Source: Candidatus Heimdallarchaeota archaeon
GTDB lineage: Archaea > Asgardarchaeota > Heimdallarchaeia > Hodarchaeales > Hodarchaeaceae
Direction: 5' to 3'
NCBI GenBank assembly: GCA_020353515.1
Contig: CP070695.1
Span: 633,722-697,721, forward strand
Length of the DNA: 64,000 nt
Made by a program: the position numbers and the translations under genes
Shown here: positions 1 through 10,143 of the stretch, in pieces
Numbering within the stretch: the first letter of the stretch is position 1
Layout: every line of letters starts with the position of its first letter
Notes under the pieces: model-generated
What the model was told of the DNA's origin: nothing
The model's database searches: none
The model's input: the letters and a program-made list of their open reading frames with translations, nothing else

Positions 1-50
1 CCCAAATCAGTCATAAGAGTAAATACATCGTCTGAAGATGAATTAGTCAT
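1..50 (-). CDS. 5' end of a gene running off the window; probable SAM hydroxide adenosyltransferase (DUF62/chlorinase-fluorinase family)
   Basis: Manual translation MTNSSSDDVFTLMTDLG with a GGAG SD upstream; resembles the N-terminal 'ITLxTDFG' motif of the family. Only 16 full codons are visible. Confidence 0.45.
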   Translation of the reverse strand, partial: MTNSSSDDVFTLMTDL

Positions 51-169
51 TTTTAGAACTCCAAAGATATGAATAAGATGTTACCTATTTTTTCCTTTAA
101 TTTCTATGCGTTTGAGAGCTTGAATAATTATTCTTTGGTTAGATAATTTGATAGAAATTCAAAGTGAAA

Positions 170-907
170 TTAAGAACTCAGGGGAATGTTCATATTTTTA
201 CTCATGATCCAACCAATTGCATGGTCTAAGGAATCAAAGATGATAGTAGGTTGACAATATTGCTGGAACGTTGTTTTATTAAGCAAACCTGTAGTCAATC
301 CAATAGTAGTTGTTCCAGCATTATTTCCTGCAATTATATCGATAGGCATATCTCCAATAAAATATCCCTTTGATGGATGAATTGAACAATTTTCAAGAGC
401 TAGTAAGAGACCCTCAGGATCTGGTTTTGCTCGCTTAACATCATCACGTGAAATCAATCCTTTAGGATTAAAAAACTGAATAATATTATGTTTTCTTAAA
501 CTCTCTTTTAGTTGTTTTCGTGAAGCCATTGTATATATTCCAAGTTGAAATCCAGCGTCATGAAGCAGAGTTAGTGATTTTATCGTATCTGGAAATAATG
601 GTGCCGAATGGTACACCCTTCTCGCTTTTGAAGCACATTCATAAGTGAAACCAATCGCTTTAAGTCTCGAAAGCCCAAACTTCCTACCAATTTTCCAAAA
701 CAAGTTAAAAACAAGTTTGATACCTTGTCCTGAGGGGGGCGTTTGATAATCTTTTAATAATTCACTACCAACTTGTTTTAAGGATTCTTCCGAAACCTCA
801 ATATTTCTTTGTTCAAGATTATGAACAACCAATGCATAAAAACTCCTCATCGAATCGATTAATGTTCCGTCCAAATCAAAAAATACTCCCATGCCGTCAA
901 ATGTCAT
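170..907 (-). CDS. HAD-superfamily hydrolase (phosphoglycolate phosphatase-like)
   Basis: FFDLDGTL (motif I), KPDPEG (motif III), IGDMPIDIIAG (motif IV). Confidence 0.9.
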   Translation of the reverse strand: MTFDGMGVFFDLDGTLIDSMRSFYALVVHNLEQRNIEVSEESLKQVGSELLKDYQTPPSGQGIKLVFNLFWKIGRKFGLSRLKAIGFTYECASKARRVYHSAPLFPDTIKSLTLLHDAGFQLGIYTMASRKQLKESLRKHNIIQFFNPKGLISRDDVKRAKPDPEGLLLALENCSIHPSKGYFIGDMPIDIIAGNNAGTTTIGLTTGLLNKTTFQQYCQPTIIFDSLDHAIGWIMSKNMNIPLSS

Positions 908-1230
908 GATAATTCCACTAATGCTGATTAAATGAGTTCCTATTTGTTAAAACATATATATAGACAAAATCTAGTATTTAATAAGTTGTATTGGGTTTTA
1001 GATCAACTATCAGGAGTTTTTTGGTATAATCTAATACACTTTTTGCAATATAAAACCGAGTAAATCAATTTTCCTTTCTCAAATACTTGATGACTTTTCC
1101 TGAAGCTTTTATTTGATTCAATCAAAGATAATTTATATTTGGTTTTTTTTCCTTATCATACGGTTTATAGGGCTTTTCTGCTTACATTCTCCCAAAAATA
1201 TTAATTACTGCTTATTTAATTCCTAATGGT

Positions 1231-2196
1231 GTGTTGTATATGGCCAAGGCCTTTGAAGTTCAAGACCTTAGGATTTTGAAAGATGAAATCATTCAACTCC
1301 GAAACCAGAAATCGCAATTACTAAGTAAGATTCGAAATCTGGAACGGGAACGAAATCAAAGTCGTGCGGAAAGAGATGAACTAAATACCATAGCTTCAGA
1401 AAATTTCGCTCAAGTGAGGGAACTTAAAGATCTACGAGATAAGAATAATCGTGCGATCCAAGAGCTAAAGATGGTTCGACGCAGTGTTCTTGAGGAAATG
1501 AAAGGGCTTATTGAGAAAGTTAAGTCATTACATGCTGAAATTAAATCAATGGACATTGATGAAAAGGAAATCAGACAATCAAAAAGTATTCGGAAGCGGA
1601 TTGACAAATTGGATTGGAAGATTCAAACAACTCCTTCCATGGGAATAGCAGAAGAAAGAATGTTAACAGAACAAGTTAATAGTCTGATGGAACAATTAGG
1701 GGGTATTTCTGTATCAGAAGAAAAATTAAAAGCACGAAAAGAGCTTAATCGTGAGATTGATAATCTCCGAGGATTTCTTGATCATAGCTGGAAGGATTTC
1801 TCTGAATTAGTCGAAAAATCACAAAAATCACATCAAGAATTAACCGAGCTATACGAAGGCGGAAAGAGAGCAAAAGATGAAGCTGATCGTAGGCATAAGG
1901 AATTCTTGGAAAAAGTAGAGGAAATTAGAGGACTGCGTGAAGAATTTCGAGCTGTAAACAAAGCTCTTCGGGAAAAGTCGAGTATCTTAAGAGAACAGAG
2001 TCGAATTCGTAAGGAGCGAGTTCAAATCGAAAGAGACAGAGCTACTGCTGAAATGCTTGAGGAACAAAGCGCTAAAATTCGTGAAAAATTAAGTCAGACA
2101 AAAAAGAAAACTCTTTCGATTGAAGAAATGAGAATTCTAATGACACAGAATCCTGATTTTCTTGAATCAAGTCCTGATAGAGAGGAAGAGGAGTAA
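1231..2196 (+). CDS. Archaeal coiled-coil protein (COG1340-like); true start probably the ATG at 1240
   Basis: Heptad-rich throughout, with a 'IDKLDWKIQTTPSMGIAEERML' segment typical of this family. Confidence 0.7.
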   Translation: MLYMAKAFEVQDLRILKDEIIQLRNQKSQLLSKIRNLERERNQSRAERDELNTIASENFAQVRELKDLRDKNNRAIQELKMVRRSVLEEMKGLIEKVKSLHAEIKSMDIDEKEIRQSKSIRKRIDKLDWKIQTTPSMGIAEERMLTEQVNSLMEQLGGISVSEEKLKARKELNREIDNLRGFLDHSWKDFSELVEKSQKSHQELTELYEGGKRAKDEADRRHKEFLEKVEEIRGLREEFRAVNKALREKSSILREQSRIRKERVQIERDRATAEMLEEQSAKIREKLSQTKKKTLSIEEMRILMTQNPDFLESSPDREEEE

Positions 2197-2318
2197 TAAA
2201 TAATCATGTTAGCTAAGCCTATAACTAGTCAGCTGAACTACTAGTAAGCTTTAAAATTGATTAGTTTTTTTTGCTTCCCTGAACAAAACGGCTTAATTAT
2301 AAGGGAGTCTTACTTCCT

Positions 2319-3056
2319 GTGAACGAAAAAGAATTTTTTAACTTGATTGGTAACGAAACACGTCGAAATATCTTAAGATCTATTGCACATGAGCCAAAAT
2401 ATCTTTTTCAGCTTTCACAGGAACTCAATAAGACACAACAATCTCTTCAAAGACATCTCAACTGTCTAATGGATAAAGGCTGGATTATTCGTGAATCCGT
2501 TGAAGGTCCTTTTGGTCCTTCAAGGAAGATATATCGAATAGCAAAGAATCTTTCCGTTAGGATCACCTTAAGTCAACATTCTTTTGATTTTGATGTTTTT
2601 GAGATTTCAATCGGAAAATCTGCTAAGAAACAATCGTTTCCCTTAAAACGCGTCGAATCTTTAAGCAAAGATTTCTCATTAAATGTATTAGAAGCATTAG
2701 AAAAAAGAGACATTGATTTCGACGAAAAAATCAGTCGAATAGATTCTGTACTCGACCAACTTGGCTCCATTGAAAACTTTCTTCTTAGTAGGAAACTTTC
2801 TATTACAGGTGAATTAAACGAAACCATTTCTATGAAACTTGAAGGTGACGCACATAGGAAGGATAGAGAATTAGCTTATACTATTTTCTCTAAATCAGCT
2901 CCCATAACCATTGATTTAATCCAAAAAGAGGTCGAAACCGAGCGTCCCGAGCTTTTAGCATCATTAAAGAGATTATATGAGAAAAATTTGCTACCAGAGA
3001 AAGGTATTCATTTGATGAACAAGTTAGAGTTAACATTGAAAGCAAACCAAGAGTGA
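2319..3056 (+). CDS. ArsR-type wHTH heat-shock regulator (Phr/HSR1-like, COG1777)
   Basis: 'LIGNETRRNIL...HL..L...G...RKIYRIAKNLSVRITLS' matches the remembered Phr/COG1777 N-terminus; first gene of the grpE-dnaK-dnaJ run. Confidence 0.8.
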   Translation: MNEKEFFNLIGNETRRNILRSIAHEPKYLFQLSQELNKTQQSLQRHLNCLMDKGWIIRESVEGPFGPSRKIYRIAKNLSVRITLSQHSFDFDVFEISIGKSAKKQSFPLKRVESLSKDFSLNVLEALEKRDIDFDEKISRIDSVLDQLGSIENFLLSRKLSITGELNETISMKLEGDAHRKDRELAYTIFSKSAPITIDLIQKEVETERPELLASLKRLYEKNLLPEKGIHLMNKLELTLKANQE

Positions 3057-3066
3057 GGTATCTGTA

Positions 3067-3720
3067 ATGAATCAGAAATCCCCTTCAAACTCCAATGAGA
3101 ACGAAGAAGAAATCATTGATATTGATTATCAGATTGAAAAAGCTGATGTTGAAACTCCTCAGAAAGCTGAGAATAATGAAGAAACAGTTTCAAGTTTAAC
3201 AGAAGGATCTGCAAATAAAGAGCTATTTGAAGAATTAGAACGGATTTACAAAGAACTTGAAGAGAAAGATGAGCTCTATGACAAAGCCCAACAAAATTAT
3301 ATGCGAGCTTTAGCTGATTACGAGAACTTGGAAAAACGGACACGAATGGAACGAGCTGAAATCGTGAAGCAAGCTAATGAAAAGCTTTTACTGAAGCTTG
3401 TAGACCTTGCTGACAGTTTTGAAAAAGCAGAAGCAGAATTATCTGCAAATAAGTCTGAAACTCTCGACTCAATAGTTGAAGGGTTTCAAGCGGTTCACAA
3501 ACAGTTTAAAGGTATCTTAAAAAATGAGGGGGTTGAAAGAATTCCAGCTATTGGGGAGAAATTTGATCCAAACTTCCATGAAGTAGTATTTGTGAAACCT
3601 GATTCAAACACTGAAGATGATATTATTCTAGAGGAAGTTCAAATTGGATATTTATTGAATTCTAAAGTATTACGTCCTACAAAAGTTGTCGTTGCTAAAA
3701 CAAAGACAGAAGGTGAATAA
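3067..3720 (+). CDS. grpE: Nucleotide exchange factor GrpE
   Basis: [38 protein letters not shown]; directly upstream of dnaK. Confidence 0.97.
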   Translation: MNQKSPSNSNENEEEIIDIDYQIEKADVETPQKAENNEETVSSLTEGSANKELFEELERIYKELEEKDELYDKAQQNYMRALADYENLEKRTRMERAEIVKQANEKLLLKLVDLADSFEKAEAELSANKSETLDSIVEGFQAVHKQFKGILKNEGVERIPAIGEKFDPNFHEVVFVKPDSNTEDDIILEEVQIGYLLNSKVLRPTKVVVAKTKTEGE

Positions 3721-3724
3721 TAAA

Positions 3725-5578
3725 ATGACAAAACCAATTGGTATAGATTTAGGAACAACATTTTCTGCTATTGCTACTATAGAAGGCGGAAAAGCGAAAA
3801 TTATTCCAAATGCAGAAGGTCAGAGGATCACTCCTTCAGTAGTCACGATTACAAAGGAGGGGGAACGAGTAGTAGGGTTATTGGCTCGAAGACAGGCTGT
3901 ATCGAATCCTGAACGCACTGTAAGATCCATAAAGAGAGAAATGGGTACTACCTACACGGTGACTATTGATGGAAAGATCTACAAGCCACCTGAGATTAGT
4001 GCTATGATCCTTCAGAAGCTTAAACGAGACGCTGAAGCGTACTTAGGTGAATCCATTAAACAAGCTGTTATTACAGTCCCAGCGTACTTTTCTGACTCTC
4101 AAAGACAGGCAACTAAGGATGCTGGACAAATAGCAGGATTGGAAGTATTACGGATTATCAATGAACCGACAAGTGCCTCATTGTCTTATGGAATTGATAA
4201 AGAGGAAGAACAAACTGTTTTAGTCTTTGATTTGGGAGGAGGTACATTTGATGTTTCGATTCTGGAATTGTCAGAAGGTGTTTTCGAAGTTAAAGCAACT
4301 TCAGGAAATAATCGATTAGGTGGGGATGATTTTGACCAAAGAATTATGGATTGGATGATTGAAGAGTTTAAGCAACAAACTGGATTAGATATCTCAAATG
4401 ATCCGATGGCAATGCAACGCTTGAAAGATGCAGCTGAACAGGCAAAAATTGAACTCTCACAAAAAACATCTGCTGACATTAACTTACCATATATTTATGC
4501 GGATAATACTGGACCAAAACATCTAAACCTTTCACTATCACGGTCAAAATTCGAGATAATGATAGCTGATCTGATCGAAGCTGCTATGGGTCCTACTCGT
4601 CAAGCAATGGCAGATTCAAAACTACAACCTTCTCAAATTGATAAAATTTTACTAGTTGGTGGTTCAACTAGAGTACCAGCTGTTCAATCTGCACTGAAAT
4701 CTTACTTCAACAAAGAATTAACCAAAGAGATTAATCCTGATGAGTGCGTTGCTTTAGGTGCTGCTGTACAGGCTGGCATCTTGATGGGAGAAATAAAAGA
4801 TGTGTTGTTACTTGATGTTACTCCTTTATCACTCGGTATAGAAACGTTAGGTAGGGTATTTACAAAATTAATCGAAAGAAATACTACTATTCCCACTAAA
4901 AAGAGCCAAATATTCTCTACAGCCGCAGATAATCAACCATCCGTCGAAGTTCATGTACTACAAGGTGAGCGGAAGATGGCAACAGATAATATAACTCTTG
5001 GCCGATTTCAATTAATTGGTATTCCTCCTGCTCCCCGAGGAGTTCCACAAATAGAAGTAACTTTTGATATCGACGCAAATGGAATTGTTAATGTCTCTGC
5101 AAAAGATCTTGGAACTGGAAATGAACAAAAAATAACTATAAAGAGCGAAAGTGGGCTTACAGAGAATGATTTCGAACGGATGGTTCAAGAGGCCACACAA
5201 TATGAAGAAGAAGATGCAAAACGTCTTGAAGAAGCAGAAACAAGAAACAAGGCTGATTCGTTGGTTTATCAATCAGAGAAGCTCATAAAAGATTTAGGTG
5301 AACAAGTTGACGCTGATTTACGCTCAAGAGCTGAAAAACAGATTGAAGCGGTAAAAAATGCATTAACTGCAAACAATATTCCAGAGATTAATAAAGAAAG
5401 TGAAGAATTAGAGAAAGTTACACATGAACTCGCTCAAAAATTATATGCCCAGCAAGCAGCTCAACAGGCTCAAGCACAAGCTCAACAGGCTGGTGCATCT
5501 GGTTTTCAAGGAGCACCAGGCGGAACAGATGAATCTGAAGTTGTCGATGTTGATTATGAAATAGTGGATGATGAGTAA
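3725..5578 (+). CDS. dnaK: Chaperone DnaK (Hsp70); start taken at ATG 3725
   Basis: [46 protein letters not shown]; short form lacking the N-terminal-domain insert, as in archaea and monoderm bacteria. Confidence 0.99.
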   Translation: MTKPIGIDLGTTFSAIATIEGGKAKIIPNAEGQRITPSVVTITKEGERVVGLLARRQAVSNPERTVRSIKREMGTTYTVTIDGKIYKPPEISAMILQKLKRDAEAYLGESIKQAVITVPAYFSDSQRQATKDAGQIAGLEVLRIINEPTSASLSYGIDKEEEQTVLVFDLGGGTFDVSILELSEGVFEVKATSGNNRLGGDDFDQRIMDWMIEEFKQQTGLDISNDPMAMQRLKDAAEQAKIELSQKTSADINLPYIYADNTGPKHLNLSLSRSKFEIMIADLIEAAMGPTRQAMADSKLQPSQIDKILLVGGSTRVPAVQSALKSYFNKELTKEINPDECVALGAAVQAGILMGEIKDVLLLDVTPLSLGIETLGRVFTKLIERNTTIPTKKSQIFSTAADNQPSVEVHVLQGERKMATDNITLGRFQLIGIPPAPRGVPQIEVTFDIDANGIVNVSAKDLGTGNEQKITIKSESGLTENDFERMVQEATQYEEEDAKRLEEAETRNKADSLVYQSEKLIKDLGEQVDADLRSRAEKQIEAVKNALTANNIPEINKESEELEKVTHELAQKLYAQQAAQQAQAQAQQAGASGFQGAPGGTDESEVVDVDYEIVDDE

Positions 5579-5611
5579 GCGTAGAATTCAGAAATTGCTG
5601 ATCAGAGTAAG

Positions 5612-6772
5612 GTGACTGTGCTGAGTGAGAAGAAAAAAAGAGATTATTACGAAGTTTTAGGAGTCTCAAGGGACGCTGATCTAAAGACCATAAAAAAGGA
5701 ATTTCGTAAGCTGGCCAGAAAATATCATCCTGACATGAAACCCGATGATCCTGATGCTGAAGAAAAATTCAAAGAAGTAGCAGAAGCTTTTGAGGTTCTT
5801 TCAGACAACGAAAAACGTGCTACTTATGATCGCTTTGGTCATGCTGGATTATCAGGGACTCCCTTTAGAGATTTTTCAGGAATTAGTTTTGAGGATCTCT
5901 TTGGTGGCTTTGGCATTTTCGAAGATTTATTTAGTGCATTTGGAGGAGGTTCTCGTGCTAGAACATCTCGTCCTAGAGTAAGACGAGGACTAGATGTAAG
6001 GTTAAATCTGGAAATGTCTTTTGATGAAGCAATGACTGGATTAAAAAAGAAAATTAAAGTACCTAATTGGGCACAATGTCCAAGCTGTCATGGTACTAAA
6101 GTAAAAGGCGGAAAATCGCAAATAGAGTGTAATACGTGTCAGGGAACTGGAGAAATCCGTAGAATTCAACGCTCGGCATTTGGCCAGATTGTAAATATAT
6201 CTACATGTCCGATATGTCACGGAGAAGGTAAAAATGTTCCCAAAGGTGCCGAATGCCAAACTTGTGATGGTATCGGCAAGGTAAAGCAATTTCGAACCGT
6301 TTCTGCTGATATTCCTCCAGGGGTTGATAGTGGGATGCGGGTTGTAATTCAAGGAGAGGGTAGACCAGGAGAATTAGGAGGACCGCCAGGCGATCTTTTC
6401 CTTGTCATTTCAGTAGATGAACATCCATTCTTCCATAGAAACGGTTCTGATATACTTATGGAATATCCTATCAGTTTTATAGAAGCAATTTTAGGTACAA
6501 AGCTTGAAGTTCCAACCATAAATGGAAAAGAAACGATTAAAATTGATCCTGGAACAGAACATGGAAAAATTATTACACTTCGTAATAAAGGTGCTCCATA
6601 CCCAAATAGTTCCCAAAGAGGAGACATGCATGTTGGAATTGTTGTGAAACTTCCTAAGAAATTGAATAAAACGTCTAAAAAAGCAATCAGGGAACTTGAT
6701 AAGTTAATAGATAAGCAATATGTTTTTGAGGGAAATGATGAGCTTCTAAAAATCTTATCTTCATTGAAATAA
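5612..6772 (+). CDS. dnaJ: Chaperone DnaJ
   Basis: J-domain with HPD, G/F-rich region, four CxxCxGxG-type repeats, GDL motif. Confidence 0.98.
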   Translation: MTVLSEKKKRDYYEVLGVSRDADLKTIKKEFRKLARKYHPDMKPDDPDAEEKFKEVAEAFEVLSDNEKRATYDRFGHAGLSGTPFRDFSGISFEDLFGGFGIFEDLFSAFGGGSRARTSRPRVRRGLDVRLNLEMSFDEAMTGLKKKIKVPNWAQCPSCHGTKVKGGKSQIECNTCQGTGEIRRIQRSAFGQIVNISTCPICHGEGKNVPKGAECQTCDGIGKVKQFRTVSADIPPGVDSGMRVVIQGEGRPGELGGPPGDLFLVISVDEHPFFHRNGSDILMEYPISFIEAILGTKLEVPTINGKETIKIDPGTEHGKIITLRNKGAPYPNSSQRGDMHVGIVVKLPKKLNKTSKKAIRELDKLIDKQYVFEGNDELLKILSSLK

Positions 6773-6778
6773 AGGCGT

Positions 6779-7876
6779 TTACTCATTTAAAGGATCAAGT
6801 CGTCGTAATCGTGACAGATTTCTTGATCGAAAAGTTTCAATTGGAGTTTCTACAAGAACTTTCCATTTACAAAAACAGCTACATAATTTTGAGGGATCAT
6901 CATTTACTTCTTCTTTCTCAGTGATCTTGTTAATTAGGTCAAGTACAGTTTTATCACATTTTCCGCAATTGTGAGTTCCTCTTAACTTCCCTCCTGCAGT
7001 TGGTTCGCAAAGAATCTCGATGTTCGGAAATTCTTCGCGAATTGTTTTCACAATATATAACACAGACCATATCCAAGGAGGCTGATAACGGTCTTGTTTG
7101 TGTAAGTGGCTCACTAGTGTTCCATTTTGGATATTGCACGGATTAAATGAAATTACGTCAGTTCCAATATCTATTGCGTCCCGAGCTGTCTTTATTGCAT
7201 CAACTATTGCTTCATTTTCAGTTAAAAATGGTGGTTTTACAAAAACATAACTTTTAAGTCGAATATTCAGTGAGCGAATTATTTGTACACTCTTCTTATA
7301 TTCTTTAATAGAGAATCCTTTATTCATACAATCTTTTAGAATAGCGTTGTTAGAACTCTCAATTCCTATCCCGATTTCTAGCTGAATAGGTTCTAATATC
7401 TTTTTAGCTTCTTTAATAATTTTAACTTGATTTATGAGAAATTCTGGCCTGTTTTCAACACTTAATTTATAGATATCAGGATTTTTCTGGATTTTTTCAA
7501 GAATTTTTATTCGTAAGTTTTTTGGCACATCATTTTCGTCAAAAAAACTACCAGAGTTATACAGCTTAAACTCAATGGGTTTAACAGAATCAACTCGACT
7601 TAGAGTAAGATCTATCTCTTTAAGAATTCTTTCTTCTGGAATAGGTCGCTCATGGGAAGAATCATTTATATAACCACAAACAGAACATCCTCCAGATTCC
7701 GAAAAAGCCCAGCTACATCCTCGTGTTGGAACTACCATTACAATAACAATATCTTGCCTAGTTTCTGTAATAGAACTCCATAATTTCGGTTTAAAATCCA
7801 GGGGACGATTTTCAAGAAATTCCTGTCGGATTTCAAAAATTTTTGAAGCTAACAAGAAGTTCTTTTGTAAAGGCAC
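6779..7876 (-). CDS. raSEA: Radical SAM enzyme RaSEA (archaeosine synthase beta subunit)
   Basis: TRGCSWA..GGCSVCGY, YNSGSFFD, KPPFLTE, HNCGKCD; directly downstream of arcS. Confidence 0.9.
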   Translation of the reverse strand: MPLQKNFLLASKIFEIRQEFLENRPLDFKPKLWSSITETRQDIVIVMVVPTRGCSWAFSESGGCSVCGYINDSSHERPIPEERILKEIDLTLSRVDSVKPIEFKLYNSGSFFDENDVPKNLRIKILEKIQKNPDIYKLSVENRPEFLINQVKIIKEAKKILEPIQLEIGIGIESSNNAILKDCMNKGFSIKEYKKSVQIIRSLNIRLKSYVFVKPPFLTENEAIVDAIKTARDAIDIGTDVISFNPCNIQNGTLVSHLHKQDRYQPPWIWSVLYIVKTIREEFPNIEILCEPTAGGKLRGTHNCGKCDKTVLDLINKITEKEEVNDDPSKLCSCFCKWKVLVETPIETFRSRNLSRLRRLDPLNE

Positions 7877-7877
7877 A

Positions 7878-9806
7878 CTACCTCACCTTTTGCCGAATAC
7901 TTATCCCCTTTCCATATTTCATTTTGACTAAAAGTTCCCCAGAAAGACGTGAGACTCCGACTGCTAATAGATCCCCATTTTCATTAATAATCAGAACTTC
8001 ATCATTCGGACGAATCTCAGAATCTGCCTTAATTATGGCTTTCGCGAAGATAGTAGAACCTTTAATCTTTTGACCATCAAAAGTAACCACATTACGAGTA
8101 TGGTTTAACAAAAGTCTCCCCGCTGAAAGAGATAAAGTCAAGTACCCTGTTTCAGGACGGAATGTGAGGAGGTGCTCCCCATTAAGCTGTACTCGCAACC
8201 CAAGCTCCTTTCGACCTTTAATTCTAACATTATTTGGAATTAAAAATGACCCACACCCCTTTCCAAATTGGAAATCCGCGATTGTTCTTAGAAATGTGAG
8301 CTGAGTGGCGATTTTAGGTGTAATAGAAATGTTTAGAAATGCTTCTTTAAGAAGGATTGAAAATTCATTCAATGCATCCTTTGAGGTTAATGATTTCGTG
8401 TTTTGATTGAGAATTAGAATTGGACGATTCTTTTGTCTACAAATTGCCTCTAATATTTCTCGTTCTGCTCCTTTAACATAACCTACGAGAGGAATTGACG
8501 GTTTAATTTTTGTTAGAAAGCCTATTAGATCTAGGGTTAGGTGATTTCTTTCAATCTGACTCCATTCACCTGTTACTGGAATATCATAATGAGCTGCTGG
8601 AAAGGAATACTCTAGATTTCGGGGTACTACTCCTAAGGGGCTAGTTAGAATAATTTCTTCAATTGAATGTCGTTTCCCCTTCAAGCTTTGACGAATGACT
8701 TTTCGAAAGAGGTTATGTGACCTTGATTGTGAATATGGCTTTTTCGCTGAACAGGGGAGAAAAATAAAGCCAGTTATAAGAGTGGACGGATGATAACGAG
8801 CTTTGATTCGTTCTCGAAAACGTTTTACTTCTGGACGGTTGAAATCCGTTTCATCAGTACAATTAAGTGTATGAGAATAGAGGGGAGTTCCCTCTTCTAG
8901 GGGAAGTTGAGAGTCACTGATTCTCAATAAAGCCTTTAAAGGAGGATAAGAATTTGCATAAATCCTGGTTAAATCCCTCAACTTTGATGAGGCTAGAGCT
9001 TTTCTTGTAAGTTGGAGAACATCAATAAATGATCTATTGGTAGTTTCTTGCTCAAGGATTGGAGTTGATTGTTTCGCAGGGTTCGTCTTATTCATCTCTG
9101 GAAAAAATAAATCAAGAAGATCGACTCCAAGGTAAACTAAAATCGGGATATAGCTTGAAGGAATTGCAGGAGCATATAACATCTTATTAGGGGATATCCA
9201 AGATCTAATTTGGATTAAATATTTTATTAGAAGTGATGGGTGTGTTAATAAAGATGAAATATCTCCTAAACACACTGCAGCAATTTTGGTAGACTTTATA
9301 CGAGGGAGTTTAATTTTAAGCTTTTCTGGTATTAGAGGAATGTTCAGTACAAATTTCATCTGATCATTTAACTTTGGTTCATCTATTTCATTGATTTTTT
9401 TCAAGTATTTTTCATATCGATCTAAGTGAATTGTGGGCAGATCCCAAGGAAGAAGGTGAAAGGAAATTCCTTGAATAGAAATTTTACTAATATCAATGGG
9501 AAACAAATCATCAAAACAGGTAATGTCCTCTAAAGACTTTCCTTGCATTTGTAAAGAAGGATAAGTAAAACAGGATGGGGTGAAAGAAAAATTTCTGTCT
9601 TCTTCTGTTTTAAGAAAACTAGATCTGGAACCTGGTTGAATTTCATTTATTTGACACTTAACGGAGGTTGGTAAAGAAAAGAATTGAGAATGGGAAGAAT
9701 CATCAAAAAAACATGGGTTCACTATATTTGGTGTGATAAACCCCTCTTTTCCGAAAGCACGCCCTATTCGTCCCCATCCTTCGCATTTCTCAATTTCAAA
9801 TGCCAT
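7878..9806 (-). CDS. arcS: Archaeosine synthase alpha subunit ArcS (TgtA2) with C-terminal PUA domain
   Basis: TGT-like N-terminus (GWGRIG, TPN), LPCSAKKPYSQSRSH, TSPLGVVPRNLE, YDIPVTGEW, C-terminal PUA (IRPNDEV...GKGISIR). Confidence 0.92.
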   Translation of the reverse strand: MAFEIEKCEGWGRIGRAFGKEGFITPNIVNPCFFDDSSHSQFFSLPTSVKCQINEIQPGSRSSFLKTEEDRNFSFTPSCFTYPSLQMQGKSLEDITCFDDLFPIDISKISIQGISFHLLPWDLPTIHLDRYEKYLKKINEIDEPKLNDQMKFVLNIPLIPEKLKIKLPRIKSTKIAAVCLGDISSLLTHPSLLIKYLIQIRSWISPNKMLYAPAIPSSYIPILVYLGVDLLDLFFPEMNKTNPAKQSTPILEQETTNRSFIDVLQLTRKALASSKLRDLTRIYANSYPPLKALLRISDSQLPLEEGTPLYSHTLNCTDETDFNRPEVKRFRERIKARYHPSTLITGFIFLPCSAKKPYSQSRSHNLFRKVIRQSLKGKRHSIEEIILTSPLGVVPRNLEYSFPAAHYDIPVTGEWSQIERNHLTLDLIGFLTKIKPSIPLVGYVKGAEREILEAICRQKNRPILILNQNTKSLTSKDALNEFSILLKEAFLNISITPKIATQLTFLRTIADFQFGKGCGSFLIPNNVRIKGRKELGLRVQLNGEHLLTFRPETGYLTLSLSAGRLLLNHTRNVVTFDGQKIKGSTIFAKAIIKADSEIRPNDEVLIINENGDLLAVGVSRLSGELLVKMKYGKGISIRQKVR

Positions 9807-10143
9807 AATAGCCTACCATATGTATTAAAGAAGAAGAGAATTACTTTATGAATCCTACTATACTTGTAATGCGTATAAATGCAGAGAAACAATTCCGGTA
9901 AAAAATCAATTTTATACTATGATAGACTTTTCTCATATTCCAGTCAAATTGAATTTTGGTCTCTTTAACTGCTTTATTAATACTATATTTTAATGATAGA
10001 AAGCTGGTGTTTGATGTAAAAGATTAATGATTATATAAAGTCGTTTAATTTATTTATAACAGCCCATCTACTATTGAAAACAATTAGAAAGGAAAGTATG
10101 AAGATTTATCTGTATAATCCACATAATATGGTTATTGAAGTAA

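Noticed and set aside
3686-3724. N-terminal extension of DnaK in the ORF track
   Set aside because: It overlaps grpE; the conserved DnaK start is the ATG at 3725 ([10 protein letters not shown]), preceded by a GGTGA SD.
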